Shown here: in pieces, positions 19,594 to 30,332 of the stretch
Layout: each line of letters begins with the position of its first letter
Position numbering within the stretch: position 1 is the first letter of the stretch
Source of the DNA: Fibrobacteria bacterium
Lineage (GTDB): Bacteria; Fibrobacterota; Fibrobacteria; UBA5070
Reading direction: 5' to 3'
DNA length: 64,000 nt
Assembly (NCBI GenBank): GCA_020633825.1
Contig: JACKCV010000003.1
Location: 241,167-305,166 of the forward strand
Made by a program: the position numbers and the translations under genes
The notes under the pieces: generated by a model
What the model saw: only the letters and a program-made list of their open reading frames with translations
What the model was told of the DNA's origin: nothing
The model's database searches: none

Positions 19594-21150
19594 TCAGGGA
19601 ACGAGGAGCCGCAATCCTTCCGGCGTCCCGGGGAGCCGCCTTCCCAGAAGGTCGTGGACGCGAATCGCCTCCGATCCGGCCCGCGGGGATCGGTAGAGCA
19701 CCGCGTCGGTGGGAAGGAATTCGAAGGCTCCCACGTCCACGGATCTCCCCAGCGGGAGAGCCGTGCCATCGGGATCGGTGGCACCTTCCAGGGCACCGAC
19801 CGGAAGCCCCGCGTCCACCAACGGGGACGACGAACGGGAGATCCTGAAATCCCCTCCCGCGGGATCCTTCAACCCCAACGTGTCGGGACGACGGGAACCG
19901 ACATTTCCCTTCATGCCCGCCAGATGGGCGTCCCGCTGGGACCTGGTGTTGAAGTCCATGTAGGTCTCCGGATCCTTCTTCCAGAAGTTCTGGGACGCGT
20001 AGTCCACGACCGGCGACAACACGAGATTGTTCAGGGCCACATACGGGGTCTTCGGCTGTTCCTTCCCGACGAGGGTCGTGTCGAGGGCCTCCGTCACCCC
20101 ATCGTTGTAGAAGATCCCCGACCGCACGGGATAGGCCACGGTGTTGTTGGCGACCAGATAGCCCCGGGAGGGATCGTCGAACGGATTGCGCGCATGCATG
20201 AAGATCCCGTACCCCCCGCTCCAGGCGAAGACGTTGTGGGTGAGGCTGCATCCGCTGGCCCCGTTGATCAGCTGGATCCCGGAAGCGGTCTGGGGTCCCC
20301 AGGAGGAATCGTTCGTGACCAGGTTGGCGTGGATCGAGTAGATCCCCCCTCCCACGCTCATCCCGAAATTCTGCTGGGGCTCCTTGGCGAGACCGTAGTT
20401 GTGGATCGTGTTGTGGTGGATCGATCCATCGCGGCGCACCAGGTTCACCTGGATCCCGTCCCAACCGGCCCTTTCCACCCGGTTGTGGTCCACCTCCACG
20501 TTCTCCAGCCAGTGCCCGAAGGCGTAGGTCCCGTCGCAGATCTGCTTGGACTTCACGAGATATCCGCCGGTGTACCCGATGTACATGCCTTCGCCGTGGG
20601 TGTCGTGGATGTAGTTGTGGTGGATCCGGAGGTTCCTCAAGACGAATCCATTGCGCCGCCAGGTGGCCGAATCGGAGCAGTTGGGATCGGTCTTGGCCAT
20701 GATTCCCGCGAATCCGGTGCGGCGGATTTCCAGGTGGTGGATCTCGAAATCGGTGCTGAGGTCCCCCACGGCGACCCCGACGCCTCCGGACACGACCGTG
20801 TCGACCACGATCCCGTATTCCAACGACGGATCCCCATCGCCGGCCAGGACGACATGGCTGGACCTCTGGAAGGCGATCCCGTGGTATTTGGGAGCTTGGA
20901 TGAGCACGCGCCCCCCTTGGTTGCGGATCACGATCGGACGCAGGCTGTCGCCATGGAGATCGATGAAACGGAGCCCGGCCGCGTACTCCCCGGCGGGAAT
21001 CGCGATGGTGTCGCCAGGACCGGTCCCGAGATCGGCCCCTTTGCGGATGTTCACCACAGTGGAAGTCAACCCCTCCAGAACGATGGTCCGAGAGGAAGCG
21101 AGGGTGGACAAGGCGCAAACGGCGGACGAAACAAGGGCGACGACCTTCAT
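19594..21150 (-). CDS. Secreted right-handed parallel beta-helix (pectate-lyase-like fold) protein
   Basis: Signal MKVVALVSSAVCALSTLAS. Repeated NxxxHHN / IHHNTIHN beta-helix rungs. ATG at 21150. Confidence 0.65.
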   Translation of the reverse strand: MKVVALVSSAVCALSTLASSRTIVLEGLTSTVVNIRKGADLGTGPGDTIAIPAGEYAAGLRFIDLHGDSLRPIVIRNQGGRVLIQAPKYHGIAFQRSSHVVLAGDGDPSLEYGIVVDTVVSGGVGVAVGDLSTDFEIHHLEIRRTGFAGIMAKTDPNCSDSATWRRNGFVLRNLRIHHNYIHDTHGEGMYIGYTGGYLVKSKQICDGTYAFGHWLENVEVDHNRVERAGWDGIQVNLVRRDGSIHHNTIHNYGLAKEPQQNFGMSVGGGIYSIHANLVTNDSSWGPQTASGIQLINGASGCSLTHNVFAWSGGYGIFMHARNPFDDPSRGYLVANNTVAYPVRSGIFYNDGVTEALDTTLVGKEQPKTPYVALNNLVLSPVVDYASQNFWKKDPETYMDFNTRSQRDAHLAGMKGNVGSRRPDTLGLKDPAGGDFRISRSSSPLVDAGLPVGALEGATDPDGTALPLGRSVDVGAFEFLPTDAVLYRSPRAGSEAIRVHDLLGRRLPGTPEGLRLLVP

Positions 21151-21283
21151 GACCGATCTCCTGGAACGGGAGCTTGGAGCACTCGTTGGGGATGGCGGGC
21201 CGGACCCGAGGTACGGCATCCCTTCCATCCCCTGTATTGTACCGCTTCGAGGGCCGGTGCGGAGGTCCGATCCGGAGGCTTTT

Positions 21284-21985
21284 TCAGGTGCCGGAGTTGA
21301 TGCCCCGGTCGGTCATCGAGAGGGCCTGCCGGAAACGGGTCTTCAAGCGCCACAGTTGGGCCGGACGGTGGGCGCCGGACCGTTGCATCTCGCCTTCCAC
21401 CGGCTCCAGGAAGTCGAGTTCCGCCATCTTGCGCCGGAAGCTGACCTTGTTCACGGGTTCCCCGAGGAGCGATTCGTAGACCGACTGGAGTTCCGGCAGG
21501 GTGAACGGGGGCTGGCAAAGGTGGACCGGCAGGCTCGAATAGGAACTCTTGGAGCGCACCCGATCGGAGGCGGCCCGAACGATGTCGGCATGGTCGAACG
21601 GCAAACCGCCGAGGTCGTGGACCTTGCGCAGGCCAAGCCCCTTGCCGACGGCTTCTTCGAGGGACGACTCGGGGACCAACGTCACCCAGGCGATGGAAAC
21701 GCTCCATCCGCGAGGATCCCGGGCTCGTCCCGAGAACACCGACAACTGTTCGAGGTAGGGCCCGGAAACCCCCGCCTTCTCCCGAAGGACCCGCAGGGCG
21801 CATTCGCGGGCGTCGGCATCCTCCTGGGGATGGACGAACCCTCCCGGCAGGGCTTGCACACCTCGGAAGGGATCGGCGTCCCGTGCCACCACGGCGAAGT
21901 GGAGTTCGCCCAGGTGGAGGGTCAGGAGCACCACATCGACCGTGCACAGAACGGGATCCGGAAGGATCTCGGGAGCGATGGCCAT
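21284..21985 (-). CDS. nrtR: NrtR-type regulator (Nudix ADP-ribose sensor domain + C-terminal winged helix) of NAD metabolism
   Basis: Nudix-like box ALPGGFVHPQEDADARECALRVLREKAGV and a C-terminal wHTH. Divergent from pncA-pncB-nadE-nadM. Start probably the ATG at 21985 (second Met), leaving the repeat motif in the leader. Confidence 0.7.
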   Translation of the reverse strand: MAIAPEILPDPVLCTVDVVLLTLHLGELHFAVVARDADPFRGVQALPGGFVHPQEDADARECALRVLREKAGVSGPYLEQLSVFSGRARDPRGWSVSIAWVTLVPESSLEEAVGKGLGLRKVHDLGGLPFDHADIVRAASDRVRSKSSYSSLPVHLCQPPFTLPELQSVYESLLGEPVNKVSFRRKMAELDFLEPVEGEMQRSGAHRPAQLWRLKTRFRQALSMTDRGINSGT

Positions 21986-21986
21986 G

Positions 21987-22170
21987 TTCTTTGCTTTTTG
22001 CATCTATGTCAAACCTAACATTCCTCGCCACGGAATCGGAGGAATGATCACCTTTGAGGTCCTGAATGTCGAACCTCTGCAGCAACCCTCGGCACGAGGG
22101 CGGAATGGGCCCCAGAATACTTTGTTGCTTTTTGCATCTTTTGCAGTTAGATTATCTATGTAACTAACAA
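21987..22170. promoter_or_regulatory. Candidate NrtR operator/promoter region with a duplicated 15-mer TTGCTTTTTGCATCT
   Basis: AT-rich 180-bp divergent intergenic region in a 68% GC genome. Exact 15-mer at 21991-22005 and 22125-22139, each followed by ATCTATGT..CTAACA; the second copy contains dyad GTTAG-N13-CTAAC. Confidence 0.35.
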
Positions 22171-22187
22171 CGACAGGAGACCCCAGC

Positions 22188-23024
22188 ATGCAGCCCCTCC
22201 ATCTTCTCGTCATCGATCCCCAGAACGACTTCTGCGACCTACCCGATCCCCTGCTCCCCATCCAGGGGGCGGGAGGCCGGATGCGCCCCGCCCTGCCCGT
22301 CCCCGGCGCCCACCAGGACATGGTCCGGCTGGCCCGCTGGATCCGCGGTCATGTGGACGCCCTCGACGCGGTGACCCTCACCCTCGACCAGCATCACCGC
22401 CTGGACATCGCCCATCCGCCGTTCTGGCGCCGGGCCGACGGCGGCCCCGTGCAACCCTTCACCCCCATCCTGGCCCGGCAGGTCGAGGCAGGGGAATTCC
22501 AGCCCGCCACCGGACTGGACCGCCAACGCGCCTTGACCTACCTCAAGGACCTCGAGAGCCAGGCGCGCACCACCCACATGGTGTGGCCCATCCATTGCCA
22601 GATCGGGACCTGGGGGGCCGCCGTGCACGCCGGATTGCAGGATGCCCTCGATCTCTGGGAGGACACGACGGGCCGGCAGGTCGCACACGTCGCGAAAGGC
22701 ACCCACCCTTGGACCGAACACTACAGCGCCATCCAGGCCGAAATCCCCGATCCCGACGAACCTGCCACGCTTCCCAACCAGGATCTGCTGCGAATGCTCG
22801 CGGACTCGCGAACCCTGGTGATCGCCGGCGAGGCCGGAAGCCACTGCGTGCGCGCCACGGTGGAGCACATCGTCGCCAGTTGGCCGCACGCTCCGGAACG
22901 GATCGTCCTGGCCGTCGACGCCATGAGCCCGGTTCCTGGATTCGAAACCGTCCAGGACCGATTCCTCGAAACCATGGCGAACCGTGGGGTGCGCACCCTC
23001 CCCCTCGACGCCATCCCCCACTGA
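22188..23024 (+). CDS. pncA: Isochorismatase-family cysteine hydrolase, putative nicotinamidase
   Basis: LVIDPQNDFCD and cysteine-hydrolase core (..AGEAGSHCVRAT..); position as first gene of an NrtR-linked NAD salvage operon. Longer than canonical PncA, so function is inferred. Confidence 0.6.
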   Translation: MQPLHLLVIDPQNDFCDLPDPLLPIQGAGGRMRPALPVPGAHQDMVRLARWIRGHVDALDAVTLTLDQHHRLDIAHPPFWRRADGGPVQPFTPILARQVEAGEFQPATGLDRQRALTYLKDLESQARTTHMVWPIHCQIGTWGAAVHAGLQDALDLWEDTTGRQVAHVAKGTHPWTEHYSAIQAEIPDPDEPATLPNQDLLRMLADSRTLVIAGEAGSHCVRATVEHIVASWPHAPERIVLAVDAMSPVPGFETVQDRFLETMANRGVRTLPLDAIPH

Positions 23025-23042
23025 CCTCGAAGGACCCCCGAC

Positions 23043-24245
23043 ATGCCCATCGTGCGAAGCCTCCTCGAAACGGATCTCTACAAGTTCACCATGTGGCAGG
23101 CCTTCCTGCACAGCCACCCCGGAGCCGAGGCGGAATACGCGTTCGTGTGCCGCAGTCGCACCGAGTTCCCCCTCGCCGAATTGCGGGACGAGGTGCAGTC
23201 CGAACTCGAACACCTCTGCACCTTGCACTTCCTTCCGGAGGAACTGCAGTACCTCCGGGGACTCCGCTACCTCAAGGACGACTACGTCGATTTCCTCTCC
23301 GTCTTCCGGTTCCAGATGCGGTTCCTCGAAATCGGAACCGACGGGGAGAACCTGGTGGTGAAGGCGCGCGGCCCGATCGCCCACGTGATGGGCTTCGAGA
23401 TCTTCGTGCTCTACATCGTGAACGAACTGTATTTCCGACGGCTCGGCCGCACCGAGGAAGCCCTGGCCGAAGCCCGTGAACGCCTCGAGCGGAAGATCCG
23501 GCTGGTTTCGGAAGCGACCCTCCCCGGCGAGGCCGAAGGGGACTTTCCGTTCACGTTCTTCGAATTCGGCCTGCGTCGACGGTTTTCGGCCGCCTGGCAG
23601 GACGAGATGCTGCAACGCCTGGTCGCGGAGCTGCCCGGGAGACTGGGAGGAACCTCCAACGTCTACCTGGCGTACAAGCACGGCCTCAAGCCCATCGGCA
23701 CCATGGCCCACGAATTCCTCCAGGCCTACCAGGCCTTCGGCTTCCGCCTGCGCGACTTCCAGAAGGCGGCCCTCGAGGGATGGGTCCAGGAATTCCGTGG
23801 AGATCTGGGAATCGCCCTCACCGACGTGGTCGGGATGGACGCCTTCCTGGGCGATTTCGACCTCTATTTCGCCAAGCTCTTCGATGGATTGCGGCACGAT
23901 TCGGGAGATCCCGTGGAATGGGGAGAGAAGGCCATCGCCCACTACCGGAAACTCCACATCGATCCCCGGACCAAGCGCCTGGTCTTCTCGGACGGCCTGG
24001 ACATCCCGGGGGCCTTGCGCTTGCACGAACACTTCCGCACCCGCATCCCCACCGCCTTCGGCATCGGCACCAACCTTTCCAACGACACCATCCACCGACC
24101 GCTCAACATCGTGATGAAGATCCTGACCTGCAACGGACAACCCGTGGCGAAGCTCTCCGACAGCCCGGGCAAGACCCTGTGCCAGGACCAGGCGTTCCTG
24201 GCATATCTGCGCCAGGTGTTCGGCATCGCGACGGTGGCCCCATGA
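23043..24245 (+). CDS. pncB: Nicotinate phosphoribosyltransferase
   Basis: [15 protein letters not shown]-terminus and full-length similarity to the PncB pattern; 400 aa. Confidence 0.9.
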   Translation: MPIVRSLLETDLYKFTMWQAFLHSHPGAEAEYAFVCRSRTEFPLAELRDEVQSELEHLCTLHFLPEELQYLRGLRYLKDDYVDFLSVFRFQMRFLEIGTDGENLVVKARGPIAHVMGFEIFVLYIVNELYFRRLGRTEEALAEARERLERKIRLVSEATLPGEAEGDFPFTFFEFGLRRRFSAAWQDEMLQRLVAELPGRLGGTSNVYLAYKHGLKPIGTMAHEFLQAYQAFGFRLRDFQKAALEGWVQEFRGDLGIALTDVVGMDAFLGDFDLYFAKLFDGLRHDSGDPVEWGEKAIAHYRKLHIDPRTKRLVFSDGLDIPGALRLHEHFRTRIPTAFGIGTNLSNDTIHRPLNIVMKILTCNGQPVAKLSDSPGKTLCQDQAFLAYLRQVFGIATVAP

Positions 24246-25945
24246 TCCGCCTCGCCCTGGCCCAGATCAATCCCACCATCGGCGACCTCGAGGGGAATCT
24301 CGCGCTCCTGCGCGAACAAGCCGCGAAGGCCGCCCTCGGCGGCGCGGACCTCGTCGTGTTTCCCGAGCTGGCCCTGTCGGGGTATTATCCCGGGGACCTC
24401 CTCGACGAACCCGCCTTCCTGGAACGGCTCGACCAGGCCCTGGGGCGTCTCCGGGAAGCCACGAAGGAGACCCCCGGACTGCTCTGGGTGGTCGGCGCCC
24501 CACGCCGTCGCTACGGTCCGGGCAAGAAGCTCGAGAACTCGTTGCTGGCCATCCGCGACGGGGAGATCCTCCAGGACTACGCCAAGCAATTGCTTCCCAC
24601 CTACGGGGTCTTCGACGAACGTCGCCATTTCGAACCCGGACAGGAGCAGGCGAAGGTCCTGCGGGTGAAGGACGTGCGGCTGGGATTCCTGGTCTGCGAG
24701 GACGCCTGGAACGATTCCGGAATGGAATACGCGACCAATCCCTGGATCCGCATGGCGGGAGCCGCCCCCGACCTCGTGGTGACGATCAACGCCAGCCCTT
24801 CGCACCTGGGCAAGCGGGAGGAGCGCCACGAACTGATCCGGCGGGCCAGCCATCGCCACCGGCTTCCCGTGGTGTACCTGAACCAGGTGGGAGGACACGA
24901 CCAGATCGTGTTCGACGGCGCCTCCTTCGCGGTGGATCCCGTCAAGGGAGTGGTCGACGAAGCCGCCTGGTTCGGCGAGGAGCTGCGTTTCCTCGACTTC
25001 GCTCCCGAGGGCTTCCGCACCCTGCAGGGTGCTCCCCTGGACACCCTCGACATCCCACCGGTCCCCGACGAGGAATTCCAGCGCCGGCAGATCGTCCTGG
25101 GGATCCGCGACTACGCCCGTCGCTGCGGATTCCGGAAGGCCGTCGTGGGGTCGTCGGGCGGCATCGACAGCGCGCTCGTGCTCGCCCTGGCCGTCGACGC
25201 GCTGGGGGCGGAGAACGTGGAGGCGATCACCATGCCGTCGCGCCTCTCGAGCGAGGGAAGCGTGACGGATTCCGTCGAACTGTGCCGCAACCTGGGCGTC
25301 CGCCTGCACACCTACCCCATCGCCGATCTGGTCCAGGCCGGACGGCTCCAGTTCGACGCGTCCTTCCAGGCCCCCTTGGCAGGACTCGCGGAGGAGAACA
25401 TCCAGGCGCGATTGCGCGGAACCATCCTGATGGCCTTCTCCAACCAGTTCGGCCATCTCCTGCTCACCACCGGCAACAAGAGCGAGATCTCGGTGGGCTA
25501 TTGCACGCTCTACGGCGACACCAACGGAGGCCTGGGACCCATCGGGGACCTCTACAAGACCGAGGTCTTCGCCCTCTCGAGGTACCTGAACCAACGCGCA
25601 GGACGGGAATTGGTTCCTTCGTCGATCCTGGAGAAGGAGCCGTCGGCGGAACTCGCCCCCGGACAGCGGGACGCCGACAGCCTCCCCCCGTATCCGGTGC
25701 TCGACACGATCCTCAAGGACCTCCTGGAAGGGGAACGCCTGCGTCCCGCCGAAGGCGACCAGACGCGCCGCGCCTTGCAGATGCTCCGTTTCCAACCCGG
25801 CGGCCGGGAGATCGTCGAACGGGTGAAGCATCTTCTGGCCAGGAGCGAATACAAGCGCCGCCAGGCTCCCCCCATCCTGAGGTTGCGCAGCCGCGCCTTC
25901 GGGCAAGGCCGCCAATTCCCCATCGCCGCCCACATCGTCCTCTGA
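24242..25945 (+). CDS. nadE: Glutamine-dependent NAD+ synthetase (CN-hydrolase + NAD synthase domains)
   Basis: N-terminal nitrilase-like domain ([17 protein letters not shown]...[17 protein letters not shown]) and C-terminal [11 protein letters not shown]-loop. ATGA overlap with pncB. Confidence 0.9.
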   Translation: MIRLALAQINPTIGDLEGNLALLREQAAKAALGGADLVVFPELALSGYYPGDLLDEPAFLERLDQALGRLREATKETPGLLWVVGAPRRRYGPGKKLENSLLAIRDGEILQDYAKQLLPTYGVFDERRHFEPGQEQAKVLRVKDVRLGFLVCEDAWNDSGMEYATNPWIRMAGAAPDLVVTINASPSHLGKREERHELIRRASHRHRLPVVYLNQVGGHDQIVFDGASFAVDPVKGVVDEAAWFGEELRFLDFAPEGFRTLQGAPLDTLDIPPVPDEEFQRRQIVLGIRDYARRCGFRKAVVGSSGGIDSALVLALAVDALGAENVEAITMPSRLSSEGSVTDSVELCRNLGVRLHTYPIADLVQAGRLQFDASFQAPLAGLAEENIQARLRGTILMAFSNQFGHLLLTTGNKSEISVGYCTLYGDTNGGLGPIGDLYKTEVFALSRYLNQRAGRELVPSSILEKEPSAELAPGQRDADSLPPYPVLDTILKDLLEGERLRPAEGDQTRRALQMLRFQPGGREIVERVKHLLARSEYKRRQAPPILRLRSRAFGQGRQFPIAAHIVL

Positions 25946-25961
25946 CCCCGGATCCTCCACC

Positions 25962-26960
25962 ATGCACCACGACACCGCCGTCCTGATCGGACGCTTCCAG
26001 CCCTTCCACGCCGGCCACGCCGGACTCCTCGAACGCGCCTTGGCCACGGGGCGATCCGTGGTGGTGGTCCTCGGATCGGCCTTCGCCGCCCCGTCGCCGC
26101 GCAATCCGTTTCCCGCCGAACTCCGGGAACGCATGATCCGGGCCACCCTTCGACCGGAAGACGACGCACGGGTGAGGTTCCACTACCAGCGCGACGTCTG
26201 GGACGGCCCCCGGTGGGCCTCCGAGGTCCGCCGGGCGGTGGAGTCCCTCGCCCCGGGGCGCACCGCCCTGGTGGGATTCCACAAGGATGCCTCGAGCGCC
26301 TACCTCGACACGTTCCCCGGCTGGGATCTCGTCGAGGCCGGACGCCAGGGACCTCTGGACGCGACGCCGCTGCGGGAGAAGATCCTGTCCGGGAATCCGT
26401 GGGAGGCGGTCGCCTCGGACCTTTCCCCCGACATCCCCGCCCCCGCCCTGGCGATCCTATCCGACTGGGCCGGCGGCCCGGATAGACAGGAATTGACATC
26501 CGATCTCGAGGCCATCCGGAGCTACCGCGCCAGGTGGGGGGAAGGCCCGTTCCTCACCGTCGACGCGGTGGTGGCCGCCCTGGACCACGTCCTGCTGGTC
26601 CGCCGCGGCGATCGCCCCGGGAAGGGTCTCCTCGCCCTCCCCGGCGGATTCCTGGACGCCTACGAGACCTTCGAGAACGGCGCCCGCCGCGAACTCCTGG
26701 AGGAGACCGGCCTGGACCTCGGCTCCCTGCATCCCACCAGGACGGAAACCTTCGCCCACCCCGGCCGCTCCAGCCGGGCGCGCATCGTCACCCAGGCATC
26801 CTTGTTCACCCCGACCTGGGAATTCCTCCCCCCGGTCCAGGGCCAGGACGACGCCGTCGACGCCCGGTGGGTCCCGATCCGGGACCTGCCGGGGCTGGAA
26901 GCGGGATTCTTCGGGGACCATTTCCACATCCTCGACCGGATGCTCGGCCTGCTTCCCTGA
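25962..26960 (+). CDS. nadM: Bifunctional NMN adenylyltransferase / Nudix ADP-ribose pyrophosphatase (NadM-type)
   Basis: IGRFQPFHAGH nucleotidyltransferase motif; C-terminal Nudix box GGFLDAYETFENGARRELLEETG. Confidence 0.8.
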   Translation: MHHDTAVLIGRFQPFHAGHAGLLERALATGRSVVVVLGSAFAAPSPRNPFPAELRERMIRATLRPEDDARVRFHYQRDVWDGPRWASEVRRAVESLAPGRTALVGFHKDASSAYLDTFPGWDLVEAGRQGPLDATPLREKILSGNPWEAVASDLSPDIPAPALAILSDWAGGPDRQELTSDLEAIRSYRARWGEGPFLTVDAVVAALDHVLLVRRGDRPGKGLLALPGGFLDAYETFENGARRELLEETGLDLGSLHPTRTETFAHPGRSSRARIVTQASLFTPTWEFLPPVQGQDDAVDARWVPIRDLPGLEAGFFGDHFHILDRMLGLLP

Positions 26961-26967
26961 GCTGGTG

Positions 26968-26995
26968 TGCGGGAGGATGGCGAAGCACCTCCCGC
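26968..26995. terminator. Possible bidirectional stem-loop between convergent nadM and phr
   Basis: GCGGGAGG-atggcgaagca-CCTCCCGC, an 8-bp GC stem; no U-tract. Confidence 0.25.
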
Positions 26996-26999
26996 CGCA

Positions 27000-28517
27000 T
27001 CAGCAGCGACCGAACCGTTCCAGGGCCACACCTCGCTCCCGGGCGTGGTCCACGACGGGGAGCGGCCAGGTTTCCCCCAGGACGACGCCGGCTTGCCGGA
27101 GGATTTCGGCAGGCGCCATCCACGGCGCGTGGATCCAGCGTGCGGGGAGTCTTCCCAGTTCGGGACACCAGCGTCGCGTCCAATCACCCTGGGCGTCCCA
27201 TCGTCGTCCCTGCTCCACGGGATTGAAGATCCGGAACCAGGGTTGGCCATCCGCTCCGGTGGAAGCCGCCCACTGCCATCCCCCCACGTTGGAGGCCAAT
27301 TCGATGTCCAGGAGATGTCGCGCGAACCATCGCTCCCCGCGTTTCCAATGGATGTGCAGGTCCTTGGTGAGGAAGGACGCGACCACCATGCGACACCGAT
27401 TGTGCATGCGCCCCGTGGTGGCGAGTTCCCGCATCGCCGCGTCGACGAAGGGGTACCCCGTGCGCCCCTCCTTCCAGGCCTCCCAACGAAGCGAGGCCTC
27501 GGGTTGATCCTCGGGATCGTCCCACGCCACCCGTTCCATCCGCTCCTGGAAGGCGTGCTCCACCGTGCCGGGCCATCGATGCAGGATGTCCTGGTAGAAG
27601 TCGCGCCAGGCGAGTTCGGAGATCCACTTGGCCGCTCCCGGGGATTCGCTCTCCCGGGCCGCGCGGACCAGGGAGCGAGCCGAGATCGTCCCGAAACGCA
27701 GATCGACCGACAAGCCGCTGGTTCCCTGCAAGGAAGGCTGGTCGCGATCCTCCGGGTAGGAATCGAGGCGACGGAGGAATTCCTGGAACCTCCCCCTGGC
27801 GGCATCCTCCCCGACCTGCGGAACCGGGGAATCCGGCCAGGCGAATCCCAGGGATTCCAGAAGTTCCCGAGGAGGCGGTACGGGCTTGGCGACTCGGGCC
27901 ATCTCGCCCCGGCGAGGCACCGAGCCCCGATCCCCCAGGCGGACTTCCGGGGAGCGTTCCAGCCAAAGCGTCCAAGTGCGGTGGTAGGGCGTGAACACCC
28001 GGAAGGACGAACCCGTCGAGGTCTTCAAGGTTCCCGCCGGAACCACCTCGACCTCCGACACCACGTGCAGGGACGAGCCGAAGGACTCGAGCGCCGTGCG
28101 AACCTCCCGATCCCGGGCGAGGCCGAACGGTTCGTGGTCCCCCCCGGCGAACACGGGAACCCTTCCCAGGGATCGCACCATCCGGGGGATCTCCATCCGA
28201 GCGGATCCGAAACCGACGAGCAGTCCCCCCGCGCGTTCCCGCAGGGAGGCCTCCAACGCCTGGACGCATCCGGCGATGAAGGCCACCCGCCGATCCTCCC
28301 GATCGGGCAGGGATCCCAGGATGTCGGCATCGAAGACGAACACCGCCAGGACCTTGCCTCCGACCGCGCGGGCATGCTCGAGGGCCGCGGCCAAGGCCGG
28401 ATTGTCGGCCAGGCGCAGGTCGCGACGAACCCACCAGATGGCCGCCACCTGGTCGGGGGAGTCCGTCAGAAGCTGTACCGGGTGGTCGGCGAATCGAAGG
28501 GAATTCCCAGCGCTCAT
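27000..28517 (-). CDS. phr: Deoxyribodipyrimidine photolyase / cryptochrome family protein
   Basis: 505 aa; WWVRRDLRLADNPAL N-terminus, FAD-binding C-terminal domain (...WISELAWRDFY...SNVGGWQW...). ATG at 28517. The remaining 420 aa of ORF 27000..29783 are spurious. Confidence 0.85.
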   Translation of the reverse strand: MSAGNSLRFADHPVQLLTDSPDQVAAIWWVRRDLRLADNPALAAALEHARAVGGKVLAVFVFDADILGSLPDREDRRVAFIAGCVQALEASLRERAGGLLVGFGSARMEIPRMVRSLGRVPVFAGGDHEPFGLARDREVRTALESFGSSLHVVSEVEVVPAGTLKTSTGSSFRVFTPYHRTWTLWLERSPEVRLGDRGSVPRRGEMARVAKPVPPPRELLESLGFAWPDSPVPQVGEDAARGRFQEFLRRLDSYPEDRDQPSLQGTSGLSVDLRFGTISARSLVRAARESESPGAAKWISELAWRDFYQDILHRWPGTVEHAFQERMERVAWDDPEDQPEASLRWEAWKEGRTGYPFVDAAMRELATTGRMHNRCRMVVASFLTKDLHIHWKRGERWFARHLLDIELASNVGGWQWAASTGADGQPWFRIFNPVEQGRRWDAQGDWTRRWCPELGRLPARWIHAPWMAPAEILRQAGVVLGETWPLPVVDHARERGVALERFGRC

Positions 28518-28705
28518 GAGGCGGCGTTTCCTTTGTGGTGACCGTTCAACCTGATCGGGAGGAAGCTCCAAATTCGTCCCGCGCAAGCCCAACCCCCGGG
28601 TGCAGGCGCATTCCCCTCCCCATCGGCGACCTCCCCGTTGGGGAGGGCGGAAACCCCTCGAGGAGACCGGAGTCGTCCCTCGGAGGACGGGGAGGTGGTT
28701 CGGGT

Positions 28706-30136
28706 TCAGGCTCCGCCGAGCAGGGCGCGGGGCCGGACCAGGCCTTCCGGGGAGAGGATCTCCTGCAGTTGCTCCTCGGTCAGCCAACCGCGCTCCAGGA
28801 CCAGCTCCCGGACCGGTCTGCGCGTGGCGTGGGCCTCGCGCGCGATCTCGGAGGCCCGGGCGTAGCCGATCCAGGGATTGAGGGCCGTGGCGACCCCGGC
28901 GGACTGGTCGACGAACTCCTGCATGCGCTCGCGTTCGGCGGTGATCCCCACCACGCAGCGATCGCGCAGGACCCGGCAACCCGTGGACAGGTAGGTGAGG
29001 CTCTGGAAGAGCGAGCGGGCCATGATGGGCTCGAAGGCGTTCAACTGGAGTTGACCGGATTCGGCGGCGAAGGAGACCGTCACGTCGTTGCCGATGACGA
29101 CGAAACTGATCTGGTTCACCACCTCGGGGATGATGGGATTCACCTTCCCGGGCATGATGGACGACCCCGCCGCCATGGGTGGCAGGCGGATCTCGCCCAG
29201 TCCCGCGCGCGGTCCGCTGGAGAGCAGTCGGAGATCGTTGCAGATCTTGGAGAGTTTCACGGCGACCCGTTTGAGGACGCCGGAAAGCTGCACGAAGGAG
29301 CCCGCATCCTGGGTGGCCTCGATGAGGTCGGTGGCCACGGCCAGATCGATTCCCGAGATATCCGACAGGCGGGCGCAGATGGTGGCCGCGTAGTCGGGAT
29401 GGGAGTTGATTCCGGTCCCGATGGCGGTGGCACCCATGTTGATCTCGCGCACCAGTCCCTGCGCCTCGCGGAGGCGCCTTCCATCCTCCTCCAGCATGGA
29501 GGCCCAGGCGTTGAATTCCTGGCCCAGGGTCATCGGAACCGCGTCCTGCAGCTGGGTGCGCCCCATCTTCAGGTGGTCGTGGAACTCCACCGCCTTCGCG
29601 GCGAAGGCGCCCCGCAAGGCGTCGAGCTCGACCAGAAGGCGATCGACCAGGAAGTGGAGGGCGATCTTCAACGCCGTCGGATAGGCGTCGTTCGTGCTCT
29701 GGCTGGCGTTCACATGGTCGAGAGGATGGAGATGCAGGTACTCGCCCTTGGAGTGCCCGAGGATCTCCAGGGCCCGGTTGCACACCACCTCGTTGGCGTT
29801 CATGTTCGTGCTGGTTCCGGCTCCGCCTTGGATCACGTCCACCACGAAGTGGTCGTGCAAGGCTCCTCCACGGATCTCGACGCAGGCCTGGGTGATGGCA
29901 TCGGCCTTCTCGTGGGAGATCACCCCCAACTCCCGATTGGCCTCGGCGGCCGCCTGCTTGACGCAGGCGAGGGCGTCGACAAGTTCCGGATAGAGGGAGA
30001 TGGGAACCCCGGAGATGGGGAAGTTCTCCAGGGCGCGCAAGGTGTGGATGCCCCAGTAGGCGTCCGAAGGGACCGCGCGTTCCCCCAGGAGGTCGTGTTC
30101 GATGCGGACGGGACGGCGAAGGAGAGAGTCGCTCAT
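28706..30136 (-). CDS. aspA: Aspartate ammonia-lyase (fumarate-lyase superfamily)
   Basis: GSSIMPGKVNPIIPEVVNQ signature; AspA-like N-terminus IEHDLLGERAVPSDAYWGIHTLRALENF. ATG at 30136. Confidence 0.8.
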   Translation of the reverse strand: MSDSLLRRPVRIEHDLLGERAVPSDAYWGIHTLRALENFPISGVPISLYPELVDALACVKQAAAEANRELGVISHEKADAITQACVEIRGGALHDHFVVDVIQGGAGTSTNMNANEVVCNRALEILGHSKGEYLHLHPLDHVNASQSTNDAYPTALKIALHFLVDRLLVELDALRGAFAAKAVEFHDHLKMGRTQLQDAVPMTLGQEFNAWASMLEEDGRRLREAQGLVREINMGATAIGTGINSHPDYAATICARLSDISGIDLAVATDLIEATQDAGSFVQLSGVLKRVAVKLSKICNDLRLLSSGPRAGLGEIRLPPMAAGSSIMPGKVNPIIPEVVNQISFVVIGNDVTVSFAAESGQLQLNAFEPIMARSLFQSLTYLSTGCRVLRDRCVVGITAERERMQEFVDQSAGVATALNPWIGYARASEIAREAHATRRPVRELVLERGWLTEEQLQEILSPEGLVRPRALLGGA

Positions 30137-30332
30137 GGGACCATTATCGCAAAATCGCCGCCCGCTCGGGAACCGGGCGCCCCCCCCTCCGGGAGACGGA
30201 CAATCATTGACCATCCCCTCCGGGATATTGTAGAGTTTCGGCTTCCGGAGGCACCGTGCCATTTCCCCCACTCGCGCACCATCCAATCCCCAGCATCCCC
30301 CCGAGGCGTGACGTCGGCCGGAGGATCCTTCC

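Noticed and set aside
21151-21283. Possible tRNA or sRNA in the intergenic region between the beta-helix gene and nrtR
   Set aside because: No cloverleaf-compatible acceptor/T-arm pairing found by eye; left unannotated.
30137-30332. Possible riboswitch/leader upstream of yqiJ or aspA
   Set aside because: No recognisable conserved riboswitch cores (FMN, TPP, SAM, cobalamin) seen; only an SD for yqiJ.
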